DNA from: a virus
Lineage: Duplodnaviria; Caudoviricetes
Length of the DNA: 61,620 nucleotides
Direction: 5' to 3' (one strand)
Virus record (IMG/VR): IMGVR_UViG_3300022921_001235
Location: 1-61,620 of that record
The notes below the pieces were generated by a model, which saw only the letters and a list, made by a program, of their open reading frames with translations, had not been told where the DNA came from and did not search any database. A program made the translations under genes and the position numbers. Position 1 is the stretch's first letter; each line of letters starts with the position of its first letter. Below, piece after piece: positions 27,037 through 35,017 of the stretch.

Positions 27037-27176
27037 TTTTGTGTGTTCCTTACAGTTTCAGAGTGGTGCGTTTTGTATCTCACTATTTGTAACCCGATGT
27101 TCTAACCCTAGTTTTATAGGCACAACCTCTTACCCAGCCAGTCTAACTATGTTAAACCTTTTTACCGTCTGTAAGT

Positions 27177-27367
27177 GGGGAGCATTCTGTTGCCCGGGGC
27201 TCCCCTAACCGCGAACTTGCCCTTAGGCTGCTTCTAGGACTTCAAAGTCAAAGAAAAGTTCAGGTTTGAAATTTGCGTTTGCAATTATCATTTTCGTTCG
27301 CGGTAACGGCGCTTACATCCCGGTAACTCCACTCTTCTATCCTGCCTGTCGATCCTATTTCGACCCC
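27177..27367 (-). ncRNA. ssrA: two-piece (permuted) tmRNA, coding piece; tag (A)ANANFKPELFFDFEVLEAA*
   Basis: Starts GGGGTCGAAATAGGATCGAC; ATAATT-GCA resume context; tag ends in AA-stop; 3' hairpin GGGGAGC...GCTCCCC. The 3' end is approximate. Confidence 0.9.
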
Positions 27368-27368
27368 A

Positions 27369-27479
27369 TCAAAAGGATTCTACTTTACCACATTTTTGGC
27401 ATTTGCGTCTAATACGGTTTGTTTTCGTATATGCGTTTACGGTTTTAAACCATTCCCAAGTGTGTTTATGCCAAAACAT
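27369..27479 (-). CDS. 36-aa putative zinc-binding microprotein inside the tmRNA intervening segment
   Basis: MFWHKHTWEWFKTVNAYTKTNRIRRKCQKCGKVESF*; SD AAGGA 7 nt upstream. Confidence 0.6.
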   Translation of the reverse strand: MFWHKHTWEWFKTVNAYTKTNRIRRKCQKCGKVESF

Positions 27480-27492
27480 AATAAAATCCTTT

Positions 27493-27555
27493 TGGTGGAG
27501 TCGCCGGGTACCGCCCCCGGGTCCAGTTCAGTCGTCAAATCGCTTCAACATTACA
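27493..27555 (-). ncRNA. ssrA: two-piece tmRNA, acceptor piece
   Basis: ...GGAC-CCGGG-GGCGGTA-CCCGG-CGACTCC-A-CCA; CGACTCC pairs with GGGGTCG including the G3-U wobble. The 5' end is approximate. Confidence 0.9.
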
Positions 27556-27559
27556 AGTA

Positions 27560-27590
27560 TATTTATACACTGGTATTAAGTGTTTGTCAA
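27560..27590 (-). promoter_or_regulatory. tmRNA promoter (sigma70 plus overlapping T4-late-like TATAAATA)
   Basis: TTGACA(27590-27585)-17 nt-TATAAA(TA). Confidence 0.75.
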
Positions 27591-27611
27591 GAGTTTTTTT
27601 TAACAACTCCA

Positions 27612-27818
27612 TCAAACCCGTTCCTTCCTGTCACAGACCTGACACTGCCGCCATTTGTCTGTTATTAATTCGGTAAATCCAAGAGTGATTATAGCAAAGA
27701 AAGTTCTTTCAACGCTATCTACCTTTTGACCTCTCACTGGACCATCCTTGAAGATGTCATGGCGTGTATCTTTCCAGCATCGCTTGCAGTATCTGATTTC
27801 AGTTTTTGCCATTGTCAT
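27612..27818 (-). CDS. small zinc-ribbon protein
   Basis: CKRC...H and CQVC flanking a hydrophobic segment. Confidence 0.55.
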   Translation of the reverse strand: MTMAKTEIRYCKRCWKDTRHDIFKDGPVRGQKVDSVERTFFAIITLGFTELITDKWRQCQVCDRKERV

Positions 27819-27898
27819 AAGCCTTTACATTTTTACAACACCAATATAACACATTACATATGGATGTCAAGTTCTTTTTCTGTTTACTACTGGTTTCA

Positions 27899-28252
27899 TT
27901 ATGAGTAATGTACCAAGTTAACCAGTCGCCATGGTTTAGCAGCAAGCCATTCATATTGATCTGGATACAGTGTTTTAAACTTTGCCATGTAATCCTCTCG
28001 CATACCGTCAAGAATAGTTTGATCAATCTCTACTTCGTTTGAGTTATACATTTCATCCCAGCGTGAATCACCTGAGTCATACAGACGTTCGCCAAAAATC
28101 ATATACTCGCCGCTCATGCCGTCACAGAGAATATTAGCATCATCAGCAGGATCAATATCTATATCCCAGAAGTCTTCCATTCTGTCACTAACAGCTTCAT
28201 TCCACTCAGTGCGAACACCCCAGTACGAATATACGTGAACATTAATACCCAT
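27899..28252 (-). CDS. hypothetical phage protein
   Basis: 117-aa ORF with an upstream TTGACA promoter at about 28285-28313. Confidence 0.65.
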   Translation of the reverse strand: MGINVHVYSYWGVRTEWNEAVSDRMEDFWDIDIDPADDANILCDGMSGEYMIFGERLYDSGDSRWDEMYNSNEVEIDQTILDGMREDYMAKFKTLYPDQYEWLAAKPWRLVNLVHYS

Positions 28253-28292
28253 TAGAACGTGTGCCTTTACATTGTTACAACACTAATATAAC

Positions 28293-28505
28293 TTACCATT
28301 TGGGCATTGTCAAGATCTTTTTTTGACTGCGAACAGCATCCATAAGTCTTACCAGTTGCTTGGAGGTGTCATATGGATAGTTGCTACCGTTCTTTGTTTT
28401 CCATTGTGTGCTGTTGTTGCACTGCTTTGAGAATTCTTTGTGTAGTAGTTGGTCTAAATAATCTAAATCTGTTTCGCTAAGTTGCGCTATCTTCGAGGTT
28501 ACCAT
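28293..28505 (-). CDS. hypothetical protein
   Basis: Short ORF in a minus-strand run. Confidence 0.5.
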   Translation of the reverse strand: MVTSKIAQLSETDLDYLDQLLHKEFSKQCNNSTQWKTKNGSNYPYDTSKQLVRLMDAVRSQKKILTMPKW

Positions 28506-28695
28506 ATCTTTGCTCCCATGCGGTTTCGAATCCGTCTTTACGATATTGCGACTCGTGGTTTCCCCATAGGCGCTTGAAATAACTGTTTTCCATTGATTTT
28601 ACTTGTTGTTCATCTCTGGCCCACTCTTGCGGGATAAGATGTCCTTTGACCATCCAGTGTAACTCGTTGGCCCATTTAAACTCTTTTGCTGTCAT
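28477..28695 (-). CDS. hypothetical protein
   Basis: Trp-rich 72-aa ORF. Confidence 0.55.
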   Translation of the reverse strand: MTAKEFKWANELHWMVKGHLIPQEWARDEQQVKSMENSYFKRLWGNHESQYRKDGFETAWEQRYGNLEDSAT

Positions 28696-28726
28696 ATTGT
28701 ATTTACTTGTTTACAAAATGTTGACG

Positions 28727-28963
28727 TTAACATAACTCTTTTTGTATATATTTTTCAAGCTCTTGTTGATTTAACTCAGTACCTAATGTGTAGTAAATCA
28801 ACTCTTCTGCTGCATCTCCATACACTACATCTACTACATAGTTATTTTTGTCACAGAACTCAGCAACCTTTATTACATCATTGTGTTGTATATTATCTAC
28901 TGCACATTTTGCAGTATCTTCACATACACTAATGGTTGCACAACCAATATTAAATACCATCAT
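28727..28963 (-). CDS. hypothetical protein
   Basis: Short ORF overlapping the upstream gene. Confidence 0.5.
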   Translation of the reverse strand: MMVFNIGCATISVCEDTAKCAVDNIQHNDVIKVAEFCDKNNYVVDVVYGDAAEELIYYTLGTELNQQELEKYIQKELC

Positions 28964-29273
28964 CTGAATCTAGAGCCACTTCTAATATTTCATTAAGGGT
29001 AAGATGTTTCATTTCATCATCTAGCACAACTTCTTTCATGTCAAGATCGTCGTCAGACGGCTCGTTGTTGCCAAGATATATCATAATATCATTTATTGTG
29101 ATAGTATCATCTATCTGTGCAGCCGTCCATATTTGACTCATAATCAAACAGTTCTGAATGCTGTTGCGATCTTTTATTTCGTTCTTTACTAGGAATTCAA
29201 TGGCATTTTGCTTTGCTTGCACATACAAGGAAACTTTGTCAGCAATATTATGTAGGTATTGTTTTTCGCTCAT
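28950..29273 (-). CDS. hypothetical protein
   Basis: 107-aa ORF with an ATGA overlap. Confidence 0.6.
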   Translation of the reverse strand: MSEKQYLHNIADKVSLYVQAKQNAIEFLVKNEIKDRNSIQNCLIMSQIWTAAQIDDTITINDIMIYLGNNEPSDDDLDMKEVVLDDEMKHLTLNEILEVALDSDDGI

Positions 29274-29458
29274 GTTTTTAACTTTTGATCTTGTATTTCT
29301 TTTCGACGCTCTGTTATTAATGTTTTTAAATCATTGAGAGCTTGTCGAGCACGAACAGCACTTACTTTCACACCTTCTTGTTCAAACTTCTCTGATTCCT
29401 TAACATAAGTTGCAAAGGCAACTTTCATTGCGTCATGTATTTCACTCAACTCAGTCAC
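29270..29458 (-). CDS. Hc1 (histone H1-like) family small protein
   Basis: EKFEQEGVKVSAVRARQAL.DLK.L..ERRKEI resembles the Hc1 GNKAA..RARK motif. Confidence 0.55.
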   Translation of the reverse strand: MTELSEIHDAMKVAFATYVKESEKFEQEGVKVSAVRARQALNDLKTLITERRKEIQDQKLKT

Positions 29459-30038
29459 CTACAATGTGTCCATAAAGCTCTTTCCAGTCAACAACTTTCT
29501 TCATACCATCTGGTACAACTTCGTGCATGTTCCAACCGTGTTCGATCAAGATAGGACGCATACCTACTGCTTGGCCTGCAACTGCATTTGAAAACTTGTC
29601 TTCAATCCAATAATAACCAGTGTCACGATATTTTTCAAGTGCTTCCTCTTTGTCTGCACCTGTATCCAAACACTCTAGTACTGGAAACGCTGTTGGCCCA
29701 AACAACTTGTCCAGGTTCATTTGACGTAGCTTTTTAGCATTAGGATCAAGGCTCATACTTGTAATACAATGAAACACATAACCATGCTCTTCGTGTAGTC
29801 GTTTGACATAATAACGTGCATCACGTAGTGCTGGCAGGAATGCCATTGCTGCACTTTCGTTAAAGATTACAACTTGCTTGATAGCCTCTTCTAATGTAAT
29901 ACCAAATCGTTTACCAATATTGTATTCTTTGTTGCCATCTTCGATTTCAGTATAACCATGTTGTGTCATCCAAGCGCAGAAAGCATACTCCCAGTTGAGT
30001 AGTACGCCATCGCAGTCTGTTACAATAATCTTTTCCAT
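29451..30038 (-). CDS. HAD-superfamily 5'(3')-nucleotidase-like protein
   Basis: DCDGVL motif I, ITS, K, WIED motif IV, HGWN. Confidence 0.8.
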   Translation of the reverse strand: MEKIIVTDCDGVLLNWEYAFCAWMTQHGYTEIEDGNKEYNIGKRFGITLEEAIKQVVIFNESAAMAFLPALRDARYYVKRLHEEHGYVFHCITSMSLDPNAKKLRQMNLDKLFGPTAFPVLECLDTGADKEEALEKYRDTGYYWIEDKFSNAVAGQAVGMRPILIEHGWNMHEVVPDGMKKVVDWKELYGHIVGD

Positions 30039-30113
30039 AAGTGCCTCTTTCTATTTGCCTTTGTTATGTTTTATATTAACACAAGGTAAACAGACTGTCA
30101 AGTCCTAATCATA

Positions 30114-30515
30114 TTAGTTGGCAAAAACGTTAGAACTACCGGAGGTTATTTGGTGTGTTTGAGAGGTGCCGTCACCATCATAATGATCACCTATTCGACC
30201 TATTGGTTTGCCATTGGCATAAACATTTGGAGAATAAGTATCCAGTGGCGGCGAATGATTTACAGGACTTGCTGTACAAGGATCTCCGTGCGGATGACTT
30301 TTCATAACATCGTCTTTTCTAACAACACCTATGCCATTAGCAAATACATTCCCGCTGCCGGCATTACTAGATTGTGTAGTATCTACATTCCAGTTCCACG
30401 CAACAGGTACAGTTACCGGAGGATCTCCTCTAGTTACTGTTCGACAAACCGATCCTCTAACACCATCGGTACATGCTACCGAACTACTACCATCTTTCCA
30501 AGCTACTCCTGGCAT
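30114..30515 (-). CDS. PAAR-like tail spike tip protein
   Basis: GSGNVFANG..V.R..D....H, SPNVYANGKPIGRIGD, SGSSNVFAN. Confidence 0.85.
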   Translation of the reverse strand: MPGVAWKDGSSSVACTDGVRGSVCRTVTRGDPPVTVPVAWNWNVDTTQSSNAGSGNVFANGIGVVRKDDVMKSHPHGDPCTASPVNHSPPLDTYSPNVYANGKPIGRIGDHYDGDGTSQTHQITSGSSNVFAN

Positions 30516-30523
30516 CTATACTC

Positions 30524-30814
30524 CTAAGCTACTGCTAATCCTGTTGTTGCTTGTACATACTGACTGGCCATATCTTTTTCTGTCTTGTGTACAAATACTA
30601 TTGCACTTTTATTTAGTTTAATGGTGCTGGCAGGATCTACTGTAAACACCCAAGGACCTAGTCCAATGCCTTGCTGAGTTGCTTGTAGTGCCAACGGCTT
30701 GGTTATTTTAATATGGTTACCATCTTCTTCTACAAATCTACCTACAATCTCTTCGCCTGCTGTAGTTCTAATAGTTACTGTATCTGTTGCTTTATATGGT
30801 GCTTCGATAATCAT
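30524..30814 (-). CDS. hypothetical protein, possible Sm-like fold
   Basis: TIRTTAGEEIVGR....I.I.KPL...GL.PW. Confidence 0.55.
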   Translation of the reverse strand: MIIEAPYKATDTVTIRTTAGEEIVGRFVEEDGNHIKITKPLALQATQQGIGLGPWVFTVDPASTIKLNKSAIVFVHKTEKDMASQYVQATTGLAVA

Positions 30815-31062
30815 AATGTGTGTCCTGTTCCGTTATAACCTGTTTCTTCTAAATACTGTGGAAACTTATCCCAACCGCCAATGATCTTGCCGCCTACTTT
30901 GATTTGCGGAAAGGTGCGGGCGCCAGGAAACATTTCCAGCACTTCTTCACGTGTAAAATCTACACCGAGTTGATAGTATTTAAAGTTGTATTGTCGTTGT
31001 TCGCACAATGCCTTTGCCTTATCGCAAAACGGGCATTGTGCTTTACCGTAAATCTCAATCAT
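30811..31062 (-). CDS. glutaredoxin
   Basis: CPFC, RTFPQI, IGG; next to nrdB. Confidence 0.93.
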   Translation of the reverse strand: MIEIYGKAQCPFCDKAKALCEQRQYNFKYYQLGVDFTREEVLEMFPGARTFPQIKVGGKIIGGWDKFPQYLEETGYNGTGHTL

Positions 31063-32186
31063 AAACTAAATCCTTTGAAGGTATCTGTGCTTACATCTTG
31101 TTTTGTGCCACCTGATACATAACTTGTAATCTCTGTTTCTTGTGGAGCCACTTGCACATCAGCACCCGATATCCATTTCTGTGTCCATGGTAGAGGATTG
31201 CTTTTTACACTGTATGGTGACTTTAGATTAACATTGGTCATTCTGCGTGTGCAAATCCATTCAATGTAATCACTCAGTAGTGCTGTGTTAAGTCCAATCA
31301 TTGATCCGTCTTTGAACAAATACTCTGCCCAGGCTTTTTCTTGATCAACTGCATCAACAAACATATCAATACATTCTTGTTCTGTTTCTTTTGCAATCTG
31401 TTCAAACACAGGATCATCTGTTTTAAGAATCTTCAACAACATTTGTGTACTTGCTAGGTGCAAGTTCTCGTCACGTGCAATCAACTTAATGATCTTGGCA
31501 TTGCCTTCCATTTGTTTCATTTCAGCAAACGCCCAACTACATGCAAAACTCACATAGAAACGAACACCTTCGAGAATGTTAACACTCATTAGTGTAAGCC
31601 ATAGTAGTTTCTTTAGTTCATAAAGATCAACGTTAATAGTCTTACCGTTAACTTTATGCTTGCCTTCGCCTAACAAGTTGTACCAACTGCTCATCTCAAT
31701 CAAGTCGTCGTAATACTTTGAAATATCTCCAGCACAATCTACAATCTCATCAATGTCCATCATCTCGTCAAAGATTTTACTTGGGTTGCTGTATACGTTG
31801 CGAATAATATGTGTGTAGCTACGTGAGTGAATAGTCTCTGAGAATGTCCATGTTTGGATCCAGTTTTCAATCTCTGGCAAACTTACAATAGGAGCAAATG
31901 CTTCTACTGGAGCACGACCTTGTACACTGTCTAGTAGGATCTGACGCTTGAGGTTACTAGTAAAGATATGACGTTCGTGATCACTGAGCGCTTTAAAGTC
32001 TTTAGCATCTTGATAGATATCAACTTCTTCAGGACGCCAAAAGAATCCAAGCTGTTTATCAGTTAGACTGTCAAAACTTTTATACTTCAGCGTATCATAA
32101 CGCTGAATAGTTGGACCACCTGTTGGATCTAAAAATGCAGTGACCTTAGTGTGGTCTGCTTTGTTTGCTGTATTAAAAACGCTCAT
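31059..32186 (-). CDS. nrdB: ribonucleotide reductase class Ia beta subunit
   Basis: FFWRPEEVD, LDSVQGR, ETIHSRSY, LEGVRFYVSFAC, RDENLH, VAPQETEI.SY. Confidence 0.97.
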   Translation of the reverse strand: MSVFNTANKADHTKVTAFLDPTGGPTIQRYDTLKYKSFDSLTDKQLGFFWRPEEVDIYQDAKDFKALSDHERHIFTSNLKRQILLDSVQGRAPVEAFAPIVSLPEIENWIQTWTFSETIHSRSYTHIIRNVYSNPSKIFDEMMDIDEIVDCAGDISKYYDDLIEMSSWYNLLGEGKHKVNGKTINVDLYELKKLLWLTLMSVNILEGVRFYVSFACSWAFAEMKQMEGNAKIIKLIARDENLHLASTQMLLKILKTDDPVFEQIAKETEQECIDMFVDAVDQEKAWAEYLFKDGSMIGLNTALLSDYIEWICTRRMTNVNLKSPYSVKSNPLPWTQKWISGADVQVAPQETEITSYVSGGTKQDVSTDTFKGFSL

Positions 32187-32249
32187 GTGTGTGTTCCTTA
32201 ATGGTTGTTTCTCTGTGTTTGTAGCATACTATTACAAGCATGTCAAGTT

Positions 32250-34559
32250 TTATATTGTGCAACTTTCGCAATCATCTTCGTCGATTGTTGCTTGCTCTAG
32301 TTCTGGCAAAGCCTGGGCGCCCATTAGTTTGGTAATATCAAGTTCTCCTTGGCCGTCATTGGTATTAAAATAATACAACTGTTTGCCACCATACTTGTAG
32401 AACATCAACATGTGTTGTAGCATTGTACTCATTGGAATCTTTTCGTCATCAAAGAAGATTGGATTGTAACTTGTGTTAATACTAATGCCTTGATCAATAT
32501 ACTTCTGTAGTACAGCCATGATCTTTAAGTAACCTTCTGGCGACTGTTGATCCCATAACAAGTCGTACTTGTTTTTCAAACGCTTATACTCAGGTACAAC
32601 TTGTTTTAGAACACCGTGCTTTGATTGCTTAACACTAATCAAACTGCGCGGCGGTTCAATACCGTTTGTAGCATTGGCAATCTGCGCACTTGTTTCACTT
32701 GGCATAAGTGCCATCAATGTGCTGTTACGAATGCCTGTGTCTTTTAACTGTGCTCTAAGTGTATCCCAATCCATACGCTCAACATGTGGAATCAATTCGT
32801 CTAAGTCTTTTTTGTATGTTTGGTTAGGTGTAATACCGTGTCCATACTTTGTTTCCATGTTACCACTTGGTGCACCTAGCTCTGTTGCAAGATCTGCACT
32901 TGCTTTGATTAAGTAGTAACTCCATGCTTCTGCCCATTCGTCTACAAGTGCAAGTCCATCTGCATCGATGTTTTGATATGTTAAGTCGTGCTTGGCCAAC
33001 CAGTATGCAAAGTTAATAATGCCAACACCTAAAGGACGGCGTTTCTCTGTAGATAGCTGTGCTGCTAGGATAGGATAGTTCTGATAGCTTAGTAGTGCAT
33101 CTAGTCCACGTACTGCTAAACGACACACACGCTCAAAGTCTGCTGGAGTTTTGATATTGCCCCAGTTGATTGCGCTGAGTGTGCATAGACTAATCTCGCC
33201 TTCGGGGTCATTTAGATCCTTTAGTGGTTTTGTTGGTAAGTCAATCTCTGCGCACAAGTTTGATTGTCTAATGGGTGCAAGCTCTGGAAGGAAGCTGCCG
33301 TGATCGTTTGCATTGTCTACGTTCTGCAAATAGATACGACCAGTGTTCTTGCGCTCTTCCATGAACGCACTAAACAAGTCACTAGCTTTAACTGTTTTCT
33401 TGCGTAGTCTTGTGTTACGTTCTGCTGTTTCATACAGTTCGCGGAACTTGTCTTGGTCTGCAAAGAACGCTTCGTACAGCCCTGGCACATCTGCAGGCGA
33501 GAAAAGAGTTATATCGCCGCCTGTGATAAGTCTTTCATACATTAACTTATTAAACTGCACACCGTAGTCCATGTGGCGCACACGGTTCTCTTCTGTGCCT
33601 TTGTTATTCTTTAACACCAACATGTCTTCTACTTCATAATGCCATACTGGATAGTAGATAGTTGCTGCTCCGCCACGTACACCGCCTTGGCTACATGACT
33701 TTACTGCTGATTGAAAATGCTTATAGAAAGGAATGATTCCTGTGTGATACGCATCGCCTTTACGTATAGGTGATCCAATAGCACGAATGCTGCCTCCACC
33801 AATACCAATACCTGCTTTTTGACTTACATACTTGACCACACTAGCGGCAGTAGCATTAATACTATCCAAACTGTCGTCAGTTTCAATAAGAACGCAACTA
33901 CTGAATTGGCGTTGTGGAGTTCGTACCCCAGCCATAACAGGAGTAGGCAAACTAATATCGTGTAAGCTAATGGCATCGTAATATTCCTTTACCCATTGTA
34001 ATCTTGTAGCTTCGGGATAATCTTGAAACAAACTTGCTGCAATAAGAATGTAGCACATCTGCGGCGTTTCAAATATTTCACCACTTACTCTATTTTGTAC
34101 TAGATATTTACCACGTAGTTGTTCCATAGCAACATAGGTTAGATTTTCATCACGCTCATGTTTGATAAACGTGTTAATCTTATTCCATTCTTCTTCACTG
34201 TATTTTGTAACAAGCTCTGGGTCATAAAACCCGTTTTTGGTATTACGATCAACTAACTCTTTAACATGACATGGCTCAAATCCATTATATACTTCTTTGC
34301 GTAATGCATAGTTAACAAGTCTGCCACCAACATACTGATAGTTAGGAGTTTCTTCACTGATAAGATCTGCTGCTGCCTTGATAAGTGTTTCTTGGATTTC
34401 TTTACTGGTTATACCATTATAAAACTGAATCTGACTCTTAAGTTCTACTTCGCTTGGACTGACTCCTGTAATATTTTCACATGCATAAAACACAACCTTG
34501 TGTAGCTTTTCAATATCGAGAGTCTCTTTGCGCCCGTCACGTTTAGTAACTTGAATCAT
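32250..34559 (-). CDS. nrdA: ribonucleotide reductase class Ia alpha subunit
   Basis: ATP cone (VTKRDG), RQFSSCVLI, SNLCAEI, LCTLSA, MPSETS, terminal CESC. Confidence 0.97.
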   Translation of the reverse strand: MIQVTKRDGRKETLDIEKLHKVVFYACENITGVSPSEVELKSQIQFYNGITSKEIQETLIKAAADLISEETPNYQYVGGRLVNYALRKEVYNGFEPCHVKELVDRNTKNGFYDPELVTKYSEEEWNKINTFIKHERDENLTYVAMEQLRGKYLVQNRVSGEIFETPQMCYILIAASLFQDYPEATRLQWVKEYYDAISLHDISLPTPVMAGVRTPQRQFSSCVLIETDDSLDSINATAASVVKYVSQKAGIGIGGGSIRAIGSPIRKGDAYHTGIIPFYKHFQSAVKSCSQGGVRGGAATIYYPVWHYEVEDMLVLKNNKGTEENRVRHMDYGVQFNKLMYERLITGGDITLFSPADVPGLYEAFFADQDKFRELYETAERNTRLRKKTVKASDLFSAFMEERKNTGRIYLQNVDNANDHGSFLPELAPIRQSNLCAEIDLPTKPLKDLNDPEGEISLCTLSAINWGNIKTPADFERVCRLAVRGLDALLSYQNYPILAAQLSTEKRRPLGVGIINFAYWLAKHDLTYQNIDADGLALVDEWAEAWSYYLIKASADLATELGAPSGNMETKYGHGITPNQTYKKDLDELIPHVERMDWDTLRAQLKDTGIRNSTLMALMPSETSAQIANATNGIEPPRSLISVKQSKHGVLKQVVPEYKRLKNKYDLLWDQQSPEGYLKIMAVLQKYIDQGISINTSYNPIFFDDEKIPMSTMLQHMLMFYKYGGKQLYYFNTNDGQGELDITKLMGAQALPELEQATIDEDDCESCTI

Positions 34560-34588
34560 TATCTTTTTCCTTTTTGTCTATTTGGTAT

Positions 34589-35017
34589 TTAGTAATACGA
34601 TGGTAGTGTGGCGTGCTGCATTTGACATTTTAATGTTGGCAAATCCATTGCGGCAATACTCTTATTATAATAATACCCTATTGTTAGGTTGTCAACGAAA
34701 AGAAGGTATCTTAACACACTTTCTTTTTCGTCTAGTGTAATATGTATCTCAAAACAACTGTTAGAAAAACGATCAGTTAACTGTAAAGTGTAGTATATTG
34801 CTAATATTTTTGTAAAATCGCAATAACGATTTTCTTCAATCATTTCCCAAGGAGTGGGCCAAGTTTCTTTGTTATACGGATCTGAGGCGATGCTACTCAA
34901 CGGTGCATTGTTCCAAAACTCAATCGTATCTTCAAATGGAGAATTACTTTCTTCCAGAGTTAAACGAAAGTCTCGCCACATCTTTAAACGGTCTACATAA
35001 GTTTTATCAAACATCAA
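34589..35017 (-). CDS. hypothetical phage protein
   Basis: 142-aa ORF (WPTPWEMI...YC). Confidence 0.65.
   Translation of the reverse strand: MMFDKTYVDRLKMWRDFRLTLEESNSPFEDTIEFWNNAPLSSIASDPYNKETWPTPWEMIEENRYCDFTKILAIYYTLQLTDRFSNSCFEIHITLDEKESVLRYLLFVDNLTIGYYYNKSIAAMDLPTLKCQMQHATLPSYY

Noticed and set aside
27493-27530. Stand-alone tRNA gene (T-arm plus CCA)
   Set aside because: No anticodon arm; the matching 5' acceptor strand lies downstream, so this is the acceptor piece of a permuted tmRNA
27396-27668. Plus-strand 90-aa ORF, and also 27023-27208
   Set aside because: Antisense to the tmRNA locus and its promoter; no SD or recognisable motif
31059-34559. Introns or inteins in nrdA/nrdB
   Set aside because: Both are uninterrupted and of normal length (769 and 375 aa)
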